64,000 nt of DNA, taken from assembly GCF_030684315.1 (NCBI RefSeq), contig NC_081367.1, positions 36,934,792 to 36,998,791 of the forward strand, given 5' to 3'. Source of the stretch: Stegostoma tigrinum (lineage: Eukaryota). Every line of letters starts with the position of its first letter. Within the stretch, counting starts at the first letter, position 1. This document shows positions 63,595-64,000 of this stretch, one piece after another. A program made the position numbers and the translations under genes. Under the pieces are notes generated by a model. The model saw only the letters and a list, made by a program, of their open reading frames with translations, searched no databases and was not told the origin of the DNA.

Positions 63595-64000
63595 GTTGTG
63601 GTTGGTTTGCTTGCTGAGCTGGTTCATTAGTTCATAGATGTTTCATTACCCTGCTGAGCGACATCAGTGCAGCCTTTGATTTAGCGCTGTTGTGTTTTCC
63701 TGCCTGGTATTTAAACTCTGCTGTCCATTGAGCTGGGTTACCTCACTTCTGGTTTTCCTTTTGCAGTGGAGTATATACAGGGTCTAGCTTTGTGTTTGTT
63801 GATGGCCTTCTTGGTGGAGAACCAGACCTCTAGGAATTCTTGTGCTTGTCTCTATTTGGCCTGTCCTGGGATCCTGGTGTTGTCCCAATCAAACTGGTGG
63901 TTTTCCTTATCTGTGTGGATGGAGATGAGTGAGTGTTGGTCATGTCTTTTTGTTGCCAGTTGGTGTTCATGTACTGTTGTAGCTAATTTTCTTCCTGTGT
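63595..64000 (-). mobile_element. Penelope-like element 3' part (same family as 3110-4000), truncated by the window end
   Basis: Reverse complement aligns with 3585-3990 (TGRKLA..HEHQLATKRHDQHSLISIHTDKENHQFDWDNTRI); hammerhead remnant CTGATG..GGGTAATGAAACATC. Confidence 0.85.

Overview
Eukaryotic (vertebrate) genomic DNA. The repeat content (HE1/V-SINE-like and Deu-domain SINEs, CR1 LINEs, Penelope-like elements) points to a cartilaginous fish; this is inference. Three complete spliced genes were reconstructed by hand: ACTL6A (+, 14 coding exons, 5750-31446, 429 aa), MRPL47 (-, 7 exons, 45974-32000, 232 aa) and NDUFB5 (+, 6 exons, 46567-60244, 186 aa). ACTL6A and MRPL47 are tail-to-tail; MRPL47 and NDUFB5 are head-to-head on a short shared promoter. 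The most interesting hidden signal is a dispersed set of minimal type-I hammerhead-ribozyme motifs (CTGANGA-stem-GAAACGTC). They sit in the ends of two or three Penelope-like families and in many short, TSD-flanked, often fold-back derivatives, and every copy has a lesion in the core. Other notable items: a U12-type intron containing a 3.5-kb C-rich minisatellite, a four-fold repeated YY1/start-codon module ahead of NDUFB5, and three CCAAT boxes exactly 52 bp apart. The long proline-rich ORFs in the track are artefacts of the repeat.
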